From the sequence record OR896837.1: a DNA stretch of 64,000 bases; one strand, written 5' to 3'. The notes beneath the pieces are model-generated. The model did not search any database. It was given only the letters and a program-made list of their open reading frames with translations, and had not been told where the DNA came from. How positions within the stretch are numbered: position 1 is the stretch's first letter; each line of letters opens with the position of its first letter. This DNA is from Escherichia phage vB_Eco_mar004NP2. Positions 9,275 to 17,138 of this stretch are shown here, one piece after another. The position numbers were made by a program, and so were the translations under genes.

Positions 9275-9979
9275 ATGGCTGGTTCTCGTAGAAAGAAACA
9301 TATCCATGAAATCCCGGATGAAGTCTTTAAAAAGGTTATAGAGCATCTGGAGAACGGTGGTACTAAGAAAGCAGCATGTGAAATGCTCGGCGTATCATCT
9401 AATCCAACTATGGAAAGAATGATTGAAGAATGGCAAGACCGCCAGATTCAAGTTGCCGAAATGAAGAAAAAGAAACGTGGCACACTCATTGAAGGCATTG
9501 AGTTAGCTAACGTTATTGAGCAGTATTTATCTGGTGATTCTTTTGAAGAAATTGCCGATCGTAATTACCGCTCTGTAGCAATGGTTAAATCTGTTCTGGA
9601 ACGATATGGTGCTCTACTTCGTTTGAACGATATTGTAGATCCATTGAATCCTCCAATTATTCCTGATGATGCTGTAGCAGAAGAATTTGCAGTTGGTGAG
9701 CTTGTTTGGGTTCCTGGATACCAGTGTATCGGTGAAATCAAAAAAGCAATGGATAATCCTGTTGGTTGTTACCGTGTATGGCTTCTATCGGAAGGCAAAC
9801 AACAGAACGTCCATTATATGAATTACGAGTTGGCCTCTGTTAAGCATCTAGAAAAGTTAGGGGTTGACGTAAAATCTCTAGGGTACAAGTGGACTCGTGA
9901 AGAAATTATTACGTTGATTAACGAAGCTGTTAAGGCCGCCCTGAAGCTTGATAAAGAAAAAGGAAAACGCCGTGAGTAA
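9275..9979 (+). CDS. Putative DNA-binding protein (N-terminal HTH-like)
   Basis: ORF track; strong SD gagaggag; N-terminal GGTKKAACEMLGVSSNPTMERMIEEW resembles an HTH. Confidence 0.55.
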   Translation: MAGSRRKKHIHEIPDEVFKKVIEHLENGGTKKAACEMLGVSSNPTMERMIEEWQDRQIQVAEMKKKKRGTLIEGIELANVIEQYLSGDSFEEIADRNYRSVAMVKSVLERYGALLRLNDIVDPLNPPIIPDDAVAEEFAVGELVWVPGYQCIGEIKKAMDNPVGCYRVWLLSEGKQQNVHYMNYELASVKHLEKLGVDVKSLGYKWTREEIITLINEAVKAALKLDKEKGKRRE

Positions 9980-10235
9980 GCTAACAGATTTGCTTAAAGA
10001 TGGAGATGTAAAATATCTCCAGCGGGATAGCTGGGGTAATTGGGACGCTCGTACTTATTACTCTACTATTATAAAAGTAGATGTTGATAATAATGATATT
10101 GTCGAGTTTACCTGGTGGCTCAATGAAGGTGGGTATACCAAGTTCGATATAAAAGACGCAACATGGAAAACCTCCTCCCTAACCCTAGAAGAAGCTCTGG
10201 CGGATGATTGGGAGATCGTTGAGCTAGATGTGTAG
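9972..10235 (+). CDS. Hypothetical protein
   Basis: ORF track 9948-10235 (TTG); GTG 9972 preceded by aaggaaaa is the preferred start; uncertain. Confidence 0.4.
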   Translation: MSKLTDLLKDGDVKYLQRDSWGNWDARTYYSTIIKVDVDNNDIVEFTWWLNEGGYTKFDIKDATWKTSSLTLEEALADDWEIVELDV

Positions 10236-10256
10236 CAATTACAGAAAAAATTTCAG

Positions 10257-10285
10257 TTGCTTAATCCTATAATTCTTGATATAAT
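10257..10285 (+). promoter_or_regulatory. sigma70-type early promoter
   Basis: TTGCTT 10257-10262, 17-nt spacer, TATAAT 10280-10285. Confidence 0.45.
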
Positions 10286-10342
10286 ATTCTCATAGTTTGA
10301 AAGAACTATTCTGTTTAATTATTAATTAAGGAAATATAAAAT

Positions 10343-10753
10343 ATGACTACTCCAACTCAGTGGACTGATGAACTGTTCGAAAAAATGTCTTCCGAATACG
10401 TTGCTCGTATGGAGCAATTCCCAGAGGATGAACGTCCGGGTGTTAGCATGGAAATTGTTAGCGAAATTGCCCAGGAAAATGGTGTAACTCCGAACGGTTT
10501 TCGTATGAAGCTAACTAAAGCAGGTGTGTATATCAAGAAAGCTGCTGGCTCTGCTTCTAAATCTAGCGCATCTACTGGAGAAAAAGCTTCTGGTGGTTCT
10601 CGTACTTCCAAAGCCCAAGCTCATGCCGATCTTCGTTCAGCATTCTCTGATGCTGGCTTAGCACCAGATTTTCTGGATGATGCAATTATCGACAAACTGA
10701 CCGGTAAAGCGGCTGCTCATCTGGCAGAAGCAATCCGAGCTATCACTAAGTAA
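10343..10753 (+). CDS. Hypothetical protein (136 aa)
   Basis: ORF track; SD aagga upstream; Ser/Ala-rich central linker. Confidence 0.55.
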   Translation: MTTPTQWTDELFEKMSSEYVARMEQFPEDERPGVSMEIVSEIAQENGVTPNGFRMKLTKAGVYIKKAAGSASKSSASTGEKASGGSRTSKAQAHADLRSAFSDAGLAPDFLDDAIIDKLTGKAAAHLAEAIRAITK

Positions 10754-10789
10754 TTTCTAGATAAATCCACCAACAAAAGGAACACAGTT

Positions 10790-11083
10790 ATGACCAAAGC
10801 TGAAATTATCGCACAATGTGAAAAATTTGGTGAGTTTTATCTTCATTACGAGAAACTTCGTCAGAAAGGAACCACGTACCTTCAGGGTACGATGGAATTT
10901 GATCCAGCCCAAGATAAATATCTGGCTGAGCGTATTAAACGTGAACGTATTCGTAAAGCGAAAGATGATGAGATCCTTGTCTTCTCTCGTACTAATGATA
11001 GCTTCCGTTTTATTCCTGTCGAGAAAGTCCGTCGTGTGACTAGCCTCCAATCAGAGTTAGATCGTGCTTCTCCAGTAGGCTGA
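10790..11083 (+). CDS. Hypothetical protein (97 aa)
   Basis: ORF track; SD aaagga upstream; followed by a terminator. Confidence 0.55.
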   Translation: MTKAEIIAQCEKFGEFYLHYEKLRQKGTTYLQGTMEFDPAQDKYLAERIKRERIRKAKDDEILVFSRTNDSFRFIPVEKVRRVTSLQSELDRASPVG

Positions 11084-11096
11084 TAAGAAACCAATT

Positions 11097-11117
11097 AGCC
11101 CCTATATGGGGCTTTTT
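11097..11117 (+). terminator. Rho-independent terminator
   Basis: Hairpin agcccc-tatat-ggggct followed by TTTT. Confidence 0.6.
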
Positions 11118-11136
11118 GTGTATTTGGGATATGTAA

Positions 11137-11445
11137 ATGAGCGAACAGGTAAATCAAAACTATGAAGGACACGTTGATGACCAGTCCATCATACTCTGGG
11201 AGAAGGAGGGAGAACAAGTAAGATTAACAGTATCTGAATTTCGTGGGAATCTATACATGGGTATTCGTTACTGGCTTCTTGATATTAATGATGAATGGTT
11301 TCCAACGAAATCTGGCTTCTCTTTTCCTTACACCCTAGAAACAACATCGCAGCTTTTCTATGCGTTTACACAGATTCTTAGCGAATCTGAGGTTTTACAT
11401 GAAGTACAGAAACGAGCTGAAGAACTCAAAGCCAAGAATGCCTAG
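11137..11445 (+). CDS. Hypothetical protein (102 aa)
   Basis: ORF track; weak SD. Confidence 0.45.
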   Translation: MSEQVNQNYEGHVDDQSIILWEKEGEQVRLTVSEFRGNLYMGIRYWLLDINDEWFPTKSGFSFPYTLETTSQLFYAFTQILSESEVLHEVQKRAEELKAKNA

Positions 11446-11472
11446 TTCTTGGCTTTTTCTTTATAAATGTAT

Positions 11473-11501
11473 TTGCTTTCAACTCAGTTTTGTTATATAA
11501 T
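11473..11501 (+). promoter_or_regulatory. sigma70-type early promoter upstream of ligase subunit A
   Basis: TTGCTT 11473-11478, 17-nt spacer, TATAAT 11496-11501, leader tatttatataaattaatgagag. Confidence 0.5.
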
Positions 11502-11532
11502 ATTTATATAAATTAATGAGAGATACAAATAA

Positions 11533-12504
11533 ATGACTAATGTAAAAGACTTTATTAAACGTTGCCAAGAAGCATATTACCAGGGAATGTCTTTAATCTC
11601 TGACGAAGAATATGATCGTCTGATTAAAAGATTTCCGTTAGAAGAAGAGATCGGGCCTAAGGGCGATATTCCACATCTGTATCGTATGTATTCTTTACAG
11701 AAAGTTTATTATAATCGTGGAGATAAACCTCCGTTTAACCCATTAGGTCAGGTAGAAACTGATAAGTTAGATGGTTGTGCGATTTCTCTGTTATATATTA
11801 ATGGCGAATTTGTTCAAGCATTAACTCGTGGTAATGGCATTCTAGGGAATGATGTCACAAGCAACGTAAGATTGCTGAACATCCCTAAAAAGATTTCCCA
11901 AAAAGTACCTACTCAAATCACTGGTGAAGTTCTAATTACAAAAGAAGTAGAAAATAAACGTAACTTTGCCTCTGGTGCTATTAACCTCAAGGATAGAGAT
12001 GATTTCGTACAACGTATCGGGGAAGGTGGTTTAATCTTCGTTGCATATGGTATCCAGTGTTCTGCTGAATCTGTAGGTATTACAGAAGCGTATTTAAAAG
12101 ATATGCTTTGGCTGGAGAATGAGAACTTCTTAACAGTTGTTAATGTGCGTTCCTTCTTTAAATGGATTCCGACGGACGGTAAAGTTGTTCGTATCAATGA
12201 CAATAACAAATTCTTCCGAGAAGGCTGGACTAATAAATTCCCTCGTGGAGCATTCGCTATTAAAGAGGATGAAGAAGGCGAAATTACAACTCTTACTAAA
12301 GTTGAATGGCAGGTAGGGGCTTCTGGTAAAGTAACTCCAGTTGGTTATTTTGAACCGGTAATTATTGATGATGCTACAATTGTTAAAGCGACTCTTAATA
12401 ACGTTGATTATATTAACTCTCTCGATCTAGAGATCGGTTGCCAGATTCGAGTGATTCGTGCTGGTGGTGTAATCCCGTGTATAGTAGAGCGAGTATACGA
12501 TTAA
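11533..12504 (+). CDS. NAD-dependent DNA ligase, adenylation-domain subunit (split ligase, part A)
   Basis: KxDG adenylation motif (ETDKLDGCAIS) and LigA-like N-terminus; ends before the Zn-finger/HhH/BRCT portion, which is encoded by the next gene. Confidence 0.8.
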   Translation: MTNVKDFIKRCQEAYYQGMSLISDEEYDRLIKRFPLEEEIGPKGDIPHLYRMYSLQKVYYNRGDKPPFNPLGQVETDKLDGCAISLLYINGEFVQALTRGNGILGNDVTSNVRLLNIPKKISQKVPTQITGEVLITKEVENKRNFASGAINLKDRDDFVQRIGEGGLIFVAYGIQCSAESVGITEAYLKDMLWLENENFLTVVNVRSFFKWIPTDGKVVRINDNNKFFREGWTNKFPRGAFAIKEDEEGEITTLTKVEWQVGASGKVTPVGYFEPVIIDDATIVKATLNNVDYINSLDLEIGCQIRVIRAGGVIPCIVERVYD

Positions 12505-12554
12505 TACATAACCCTTTGCTACCCATCTACCATATCGGAATTATAAAGTGGTTA

Positions 12555-12583
12555 TTGACATTTTCGCCGCTTAGGTATATACT
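12555..12583 (+). promoter_or_regulatory. sigma70-type promoter in the ligase A/B intergenic region
   Basis: TTGACA 12555-12560, 17-nt spacer, TATACT 12578-12583. Confidence 0.4.
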
Positions 12584-12647
12584 ATTATCATTCAGTTGAG
12601 GGATAGAAAGTTATGGCGAGGGTAAGCAAAGTTAGTTAAAATTGTAG

Positions 12648-12676
12648 TTGCTAAATGCTTAAATACTTGCTATAAT
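12648..12676 (+). promoter_or_regulatory. sigma70-type promoter immediately upstream of ligase subunit B
   Basis: TTGCTA 12648-12653, 17-nt spacer, TATAAT 12671-12676, leader atttatataaattgataaggaag. Confidence 0.45.
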
Positions 12677-12706
12677 ATTTATATAAATTGATAAGGAAGA
12701 AATTTG

Positions 12707-13486
12707 ATGAAAATCGAAATTCCAACACAATGTCCCTCTTGTGGTTCTAAGCTAGATCTTGTCAACGGACAATTATTCTGTCGGAATAAGTCCAACTGTC
12801 CAGCGCAATCAAGTAAGTTAATTGAGAACTTCTGTTCAAAAATGAAGTTAAAGGGCTTTGGCCCAAAAACTATTGAGAAGCTGGAGCTGACGAAGATTTC
12901 AGAACTATTTTACCTAACCGAAGAAGATTTGGTTAGAGCCGTGGGTAGCAAGGTTGCCGCTAAGTTAATTAGCGAATTAAATACTAAAGTTCGCGGAGAC
13001 ATTGACTTTGGTTCAGTTCTCGGTTCTTTAGGAATCCCTCTAATTGGAGAGGTTGCAGCAAAGAAATTATCCCAAAATTACACTAGCTTCCATGATGTGA
13101 AGGCTGACGGCAAGGCTGGAGAAAATTACAAAGCCTGGCTAAATTCCCCACAAGGCAAGGATGTTATCGAACTACCGTGGAAATTTTCAACTGGTATTAA
13201 GGGCACTAAAGCTGACGTCATCATTACAGATGAATTAGTTGCCCAGCCAAATGGAATCGCGGTATGTATTACCGGATCTTTGCAAGATTTTGCAAATCGA
13301 ACGGATGCAACAAACTATTTAGAAGGTCTAGGGTATACGGTTAAGAAATCCGTTACTAAAGACGTCAAATACCTAATCTGTGAGGATGAATCAAAACGTT
13401 CTTCCTCATCTTATAAGAAAGCCGAAACGAATGGGATAGAAATCCTGTCGATTAAAGAACTATTGGAGAAAAATAATAATGTCTAA
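12707..13486 (+). CDS. NAD-dependent DNA ligase, C-terminal subunit (Zn finger, HhH, BRCT; split ligase, part B)
   Basis: ORF track 12704 (TTG); ATG 12707 preferred; CPSCGSKL...CRNKSNC zinc finger then helix-hairpin-helix-like and BRCT-like C-terminus. Confidence 0.8.
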   Translation: MKIEIPTQCPSCGSKLDLVNGQLFCRNKSNCPAQSSKLIENFCSKMKLKGFGPKTIEKLELTKISELFYLTEEDLVRAVGSKVAAKLISELNTKVRGDIDFGSVLGSLGIPLIGEVAAKKLSQNYTSFHDVKADGKAGENYKAWLNSPQGKDVIELPWKFSTGIKGTKADVIITDELVAQPNGIAVCITGSLQDFANRTDATNYLEGLGYTVKKSVTKDVKYLICEDESKRSSSSYKKAETNGIEILSIKELLEKNNNV

Positions 13487-14246
13487 ACTGAACTGGAACG
13501 TAGAAGGTGTAACCGAGTCTCTGAAAGCAAAAGCCACTGCTCTGGGTGTTGCTGTAATCTCTCAAGAACAAGTAGCTGCTATCGCTGCTGAACTGGCTGC
13601 TGAAACTGGCAAAGACGTTACCGCTCGCTCTGTTGGCTCTAAGCTGCGTAAAGAAGGTTTTGAAGTACAAAAAGCTAACGAAGTACAGAAATCCCCGTGG
13701 ACTCCTGAGCAGGAAGCTGAACTGGTTGATTTCCTGAACGCTCATGCTGGTCAGTATACCTATGCTGAAATCGCTGCTGCTGTAGCTGGTGGTCAATTTG
13801 GTGCTAAGCAGGTACAGGGTAAGATCCTGAGTCTGGAAATGACCGCCTCTGTTAAACCAACTGAAAAAGCTGCTGCTGTTCGTTCCTTCACTCCTGATGA
13901 AGAAACCGATTTTGTTAATCAGGTTGTTGCTGGGGCTACTATTGAAGCTATCGCTGCTCACTTCGGTCGTAATATCAAGCAGATCCGTGGTAAAGCTCTG
14001 AGCCTGCTTCGTGAAGGTCGTATCGCTGCTATGCCGGTACAGGAAACTTCAAGTGCTAAAACTCGTGAAGATCTGTTAGAAGGTCTGGATCTGGCTAACA
14101 TGACTGTTGCTGAGATCGCTGAGAAAACTGGTAAATCTGAGCGCGGTGTTAAATCTATGCTGTCTCGTCGTGGTCTAGTTGCTAAGGACTATGATGGTGC
14201 TGCTAAGCGTGCTAAACTGGATGCAAAAGCTGCGGCTGCTGAATAA
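13479..14246 (+). CDS. Highly expressed protein with three internal ~50-aa repeats (function unknown, possibly DNA-binding)
   Basis: ORF track; strongly biased codon use (GCT/CTG/GGT/CGT); repeats built on TPEQEAELVDFL / TPDEETDFVNQV / TREDLLEGLDL; followed by a strong terminator. Confidence 0.6.
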   Translation: MSKLNWNVEGVTESLKAKATALGVAVISQEQVAAIAAELAAETGKDVTARSVGSKLRKEGFEVQKANEVQKSPWTPEQEAELVDFLNAHAGQYTYAEIAAAVAGGQFGAKQVQGKILSLEMTASVKPTEKAAAVRSFTPDEETDFVNQVVAGATIEAIAAHFGRNIKQIRGKALSLLREGRIAAMPVQETSSAKTREDLLEGLDLANMTVAEIAEKTGKSERGVKSMLSRRGLVAKDYDGAAKRAKLDAKAAAAE

Positions 14247-14263
14247 TCTGGTAAATTAAACCT

Positions 14264-14296
14264 AAGGGGAGGGGGCTATGCTCCTTCCCCTTTTTT
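14264..14296 (+). terminator. Rho-independent terminator
   Basis: 12-bp GC-rich stem (aaggggaggggg / ctccttcccctt) with 5-nt loop then TTTTTT. Confidence 0.65.
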
Positions 14297-14317
14297 GCAT
14301 TTAGAAGGCACGAAAGC

Positions 14318-15802
14318 GTGCAAAGGAGAATGACCTTGTTTAACGTGCAAGCTGTAGTGTTGAAGATGCTTCTTGCTTCTGAACAGAAGCAAATAGCATT
14401 GGAAACATTCTCAAAACTGCATAAAGATCATTTTAATGACGCTTTCTCCTCAATTTACCAAGCCGTCCAGAATTATTATAAAAAATATAACACAATGCCG
14501 TCCATTGACGCACTTATGCTTGAAGCTAATAGGAACGCCCGCCTTTCTCAAGCTCTAGTCGTCTTAGCTAACACTCAAATTCCAGAAGTGAGCATGGAAC
14601 AGGCACTTGAAGTCCTAGAGGCCGAATATACACAAGATTTATTCCTAAAGCTTCTAGAAACAGATGTGCTTCAAGATTTAACAATGCTGGATCAGGGAGA
14701 AATTCTCAACCGAGTTGCCTCCCTTCACTTAAAATTAGAAGAGAAAGTAACGAATACTGGAAAAGTATTCAACGCAGATAACATGCGTATTTTCCAGAGA
14801 GAAGAAGATACCAAACTGAACTTAATCGCTCTTGGTATTTGTAATGAGTTCGACGCTCAAATTGGTTTAGCTCGCACAGAAACGTTACTGCTTGGTGGTT
14901 GGCGTGGTACTGGTAAATCCATTATCTGTTCAAACATACAGGTTCAGCAATATTTGAATGGAGATATTGCTCCATACTTCTCAATTGAGATGAAAGAACA
15001 TGAAGTATTTAGACGTAATCTAGCCATGTTAGCTGGTGTATCAGCATTAGCAATGCGTAATAATACTCTAGAAGGTGCAGCTCTGTTGAGATTGGCCAGA
15101 ACTAGAGCTAGGATGTTCAACGGGGGTGAGGAGCTTTTCGATAACTTCGTTAAACAGTATACAATGGCTAAGATGAGTGATTTCTACGATATGGAGAGTA
15201 AGCTAATAGAAGGATATGAGCTACATACTCCTATGATTATTGTTTATGACCCTGAGCTGTCCATTACAACAGTTGACGTAGAATTAAATAAATTAGTTGC
15301 TAGATACGGAGATAAAGTTACAGTAGCTTTACTGGACTATATTAACCAAACCCGACTTCCAGACTCTAAAACCATTGATATGTATGACTGGAAAGAACAG
15401 ATGGTTGTCAGCTCGTCTTTCAAATCTATCTGCCAGAAACATAACGTGGCTGGTGTAGCTCCTTACCAGATTGATCAAGATGGTAGAACACGTATGTCAA
15501 AGGGGATTCTTGATTCCGCAGACATGGCTGCTAATCTTAATGCTGCAAAAGCTGATAATGGTCAAGGTGCTATTATGTTTGACTTCGTTAAGACCCGTTC
15601 TTCTGATAGCGTGAAGTTTATGCCTAAAATGAACTGGGAAACCCTGCGGATGGATAACACTATCAACCTAGCAATGGAAGATATATCTCAAATGGAAGCT
15701 GAGTTCGTTATCCCTATTGAGAAGGATAAGCCGGCTCAATCTAAACGTGCTAAGAAAGACAAAGCTGAAAATTCAACAGGTGAACAGGCCAGCGATATAT
15801 GA
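14318..15802 (+). CDS. DnaB-like replicative DNA helicase
   Basis: P-loop LLGGWRGTGKS and DnaB-like ALLDYINQ block; start GTG 14318 or ATG 14330 uncertain. Confidence 0.7.
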   Translation: MQRRMTLFNVQAVVLKMLLASEQKQIALETFSKLHKDHFNDAFSSIYQAVQNYYKKYNTMPSIDALMLEANRNARLSQALVVLANTQIPEVSMEQALEVLEAEYTQDLFLKLLETDVLQDLTMLDQGEILNRVASLHLKLEEKVTNTGKVFNADNMRIFQREEDTKLNLIALGICNEFDAQIGLARTETLLLGGWRGTGKSIICSNIQVQQYLNGDIAPYFSIEMKEHEVFRRNLAMLAGVSALAMRNNTLEGAALLRLARTRARMFNGGEELFDNFVKQYTMAKMSDFYDMESKLIEGYELHTPMIIVYDPELSITTVDVELNKLVARYGDKVTVALLDYINQTRLPDSKTIDMYDWKEQMVVSSSFKSICQKHNVAGVAPYQIDQDGRTRMSKGILDSADMAANLNAAKADNGQGAIMFDFVKTRSSDSVKFMPKMNWETLRMDNTINLAMEDISQMEAEFVIPIEKDKPAQSKRAKKDKAENSTGEQASDI

Positions 15803-16689
15803 GTAGAATAACAGAACTACTTGATCTGAAAGGCATTGAGTATAAAGACACAGGTGGGGACATCCTCATCTGTTGTCTCAATCCAGATCATGACGATAAA
15901 CATCCAAGTTTGCGTATTGATCCTGAAACAGGTATTATGCACTGCTTGAGTTGTGGCTTCGGTAAAGGTATACCGAGCATTTACCATTATTTTAATGAGA
16001 CTCAGTACCGACAGTCTCCAAGACTATCGCAGGTACGTAAAAAGATTTCAGAGATTAGGAATGGATCTACGAATCTTGCAATTCCTGAATCTGCTTACCT
16101 TTTCGAAGGTGATTTCCGAGGTATAAGTTCTAAGACCTTGAAGAAATATTTTGCTTTCCAACACCAAGCAGATTGGGAGGGCAGAATTGTATTCCCAATC
16201 ACAGATGCTGTTGGACGCAATATCCTATTTTTGGGTCGTTCTATAAACAGTTCTGCCCCTCCTAAATACTTAGTAAAACCAAAACAAGTTTCACCACCGA
16301 TTTTCCCTGTACGATATAATACTCCAGTTCTTATTCTAGTTGAAGGTATCTTTGATATGCTGAACCTAGAGGATAATGGTATAGACTATGCTTCTTGCTG
16401 CTTTGGTACACATCAGTTTACTTCGGATAACATTGCAGATAAGTTCAGTCCTTATATTATTGCTGGTGTAAAAGTTGTTGTTATCTTACTAGATAATGAT
16501 GCTTCTGGTAATAAAACTGCACAAGCATTGGCTAAGCTAATTCGTACAAAAACGCGTTTAACACCTGTAGTTGCTAACTTTCTCCTACCTGAAGGCAAAG
16601 ATCCAGGTGATTTAAACAAAGATGAAATTGATATGTTAGCAAAACGTATTGAAATTTTAGTTGCTGAATCGCTTAAAGATTTGGTATAA
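15799..16689 (+). CDS. DnaG-like DNA primase
   Basis: CHC2 zinc finger (CCLNPDHDDKHPSL...CLSCGFGKG), TOPRIM-like LVEGIFDMLNL and LLDNDASG; ATGA overlap with helicase stop. Confidence 0.8.
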   Translation: MSRITELLDLKGIEYKDTGGDILICCLNPDHDDKHPSLRIDPETGIMHCLSCGFGKGIPSIYHYFNETQYRQSPRLSQVRKKISEIRNGSTNLAIPESAYLFEGDFRGISSKTLKKYFAFQHQADWEGRIVFPITDAVGRNILFLGRSINSSAPPKYLVKPKQVSPPIFPVRYNTPVLILVEGIFDMLNLEDNGIDYASCCFGTHQFTSDNIADKFSPYIIAGVKVVVILLDNDASGNKTAQALAKLIRTKTRLTPVVANFLLPEGKDPGDLNKDEIDMLAKRIEILVAESLKDLV

Positions 16690-16715
16690 TAGTCCTAAAT
16701 AACTGAGGAGCTACT

Positions 16716-17045
16716 ATGGAATATGTATATATTTATGCGGATGTTCCAGTGTATGATAGTGTAACACACAAAGAGGTTAAACTAGAGCGGTTTACAACAC
16801 TGGAGTCCCTTAATAAACGAAAGAATTTCCATTTATTTGGTGATCCTAAATTACCTGCATCTTATATTTACTTTAAAGTAAAAGATACAGGTCAAGAGGT
16901 ATACCTAACATATGATTGGGCTGTTGTAGAAAATACTGAGCAATCTATGAAAGCGCTAGATGCTTTTCTGCGTATAGATGAAGAATTTCGGGTACTAGAA
17001 AAGCAGCGCAATGAAATGCGTAAATTACTTCACACCTATAAATAG
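16716..17045 (+). CDS. Hypothetical protein (109 aa)
   Basis: ORF track; SD gaggag upstream. Confidence 0.55.
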   Translation: MEYVYIYADVPVYDSVTHKEVKLERFTTLESLNKRKNFHLFGDPKLPASYIYFKVKDTGQEVYLTYDWAVVENTEQSMKALDAFLRIDEEFRVLEKQRNEMRKLLHTYK

Positions 17046-17048
17046 TAT

Positions 17049-17077
17049 TTGCTATTATCCCAATATTTTGATATAAT
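17049..17077 (+). promoter_or_regulatory. sigma70-type promoter upstream of DNA polymerase, followed by a leader hairpin
   Basis: TTGCTA 17049-17054, 17-nt spacer, TATAAT 17072-17077; 9-bp stem ttggtaagt (17081-17089) / acttaccaa (17117-17125) just upstream of the SD. Confidence 0.45.
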
Positions 17078-17138
17078 ATATTGGTAAGTTAGAGAAGAAA
17101 CACTGAAGTTATACTTACTTACCAAGAGGAGATTAAAT

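Noticed and set aside
13452-13961. 169-aa minus-strand ORF antisense to the repeat-protein gene
   Set aside because: Antisense to a gene with strong expression signals; Ser/Phe-rich low-complexity translation.
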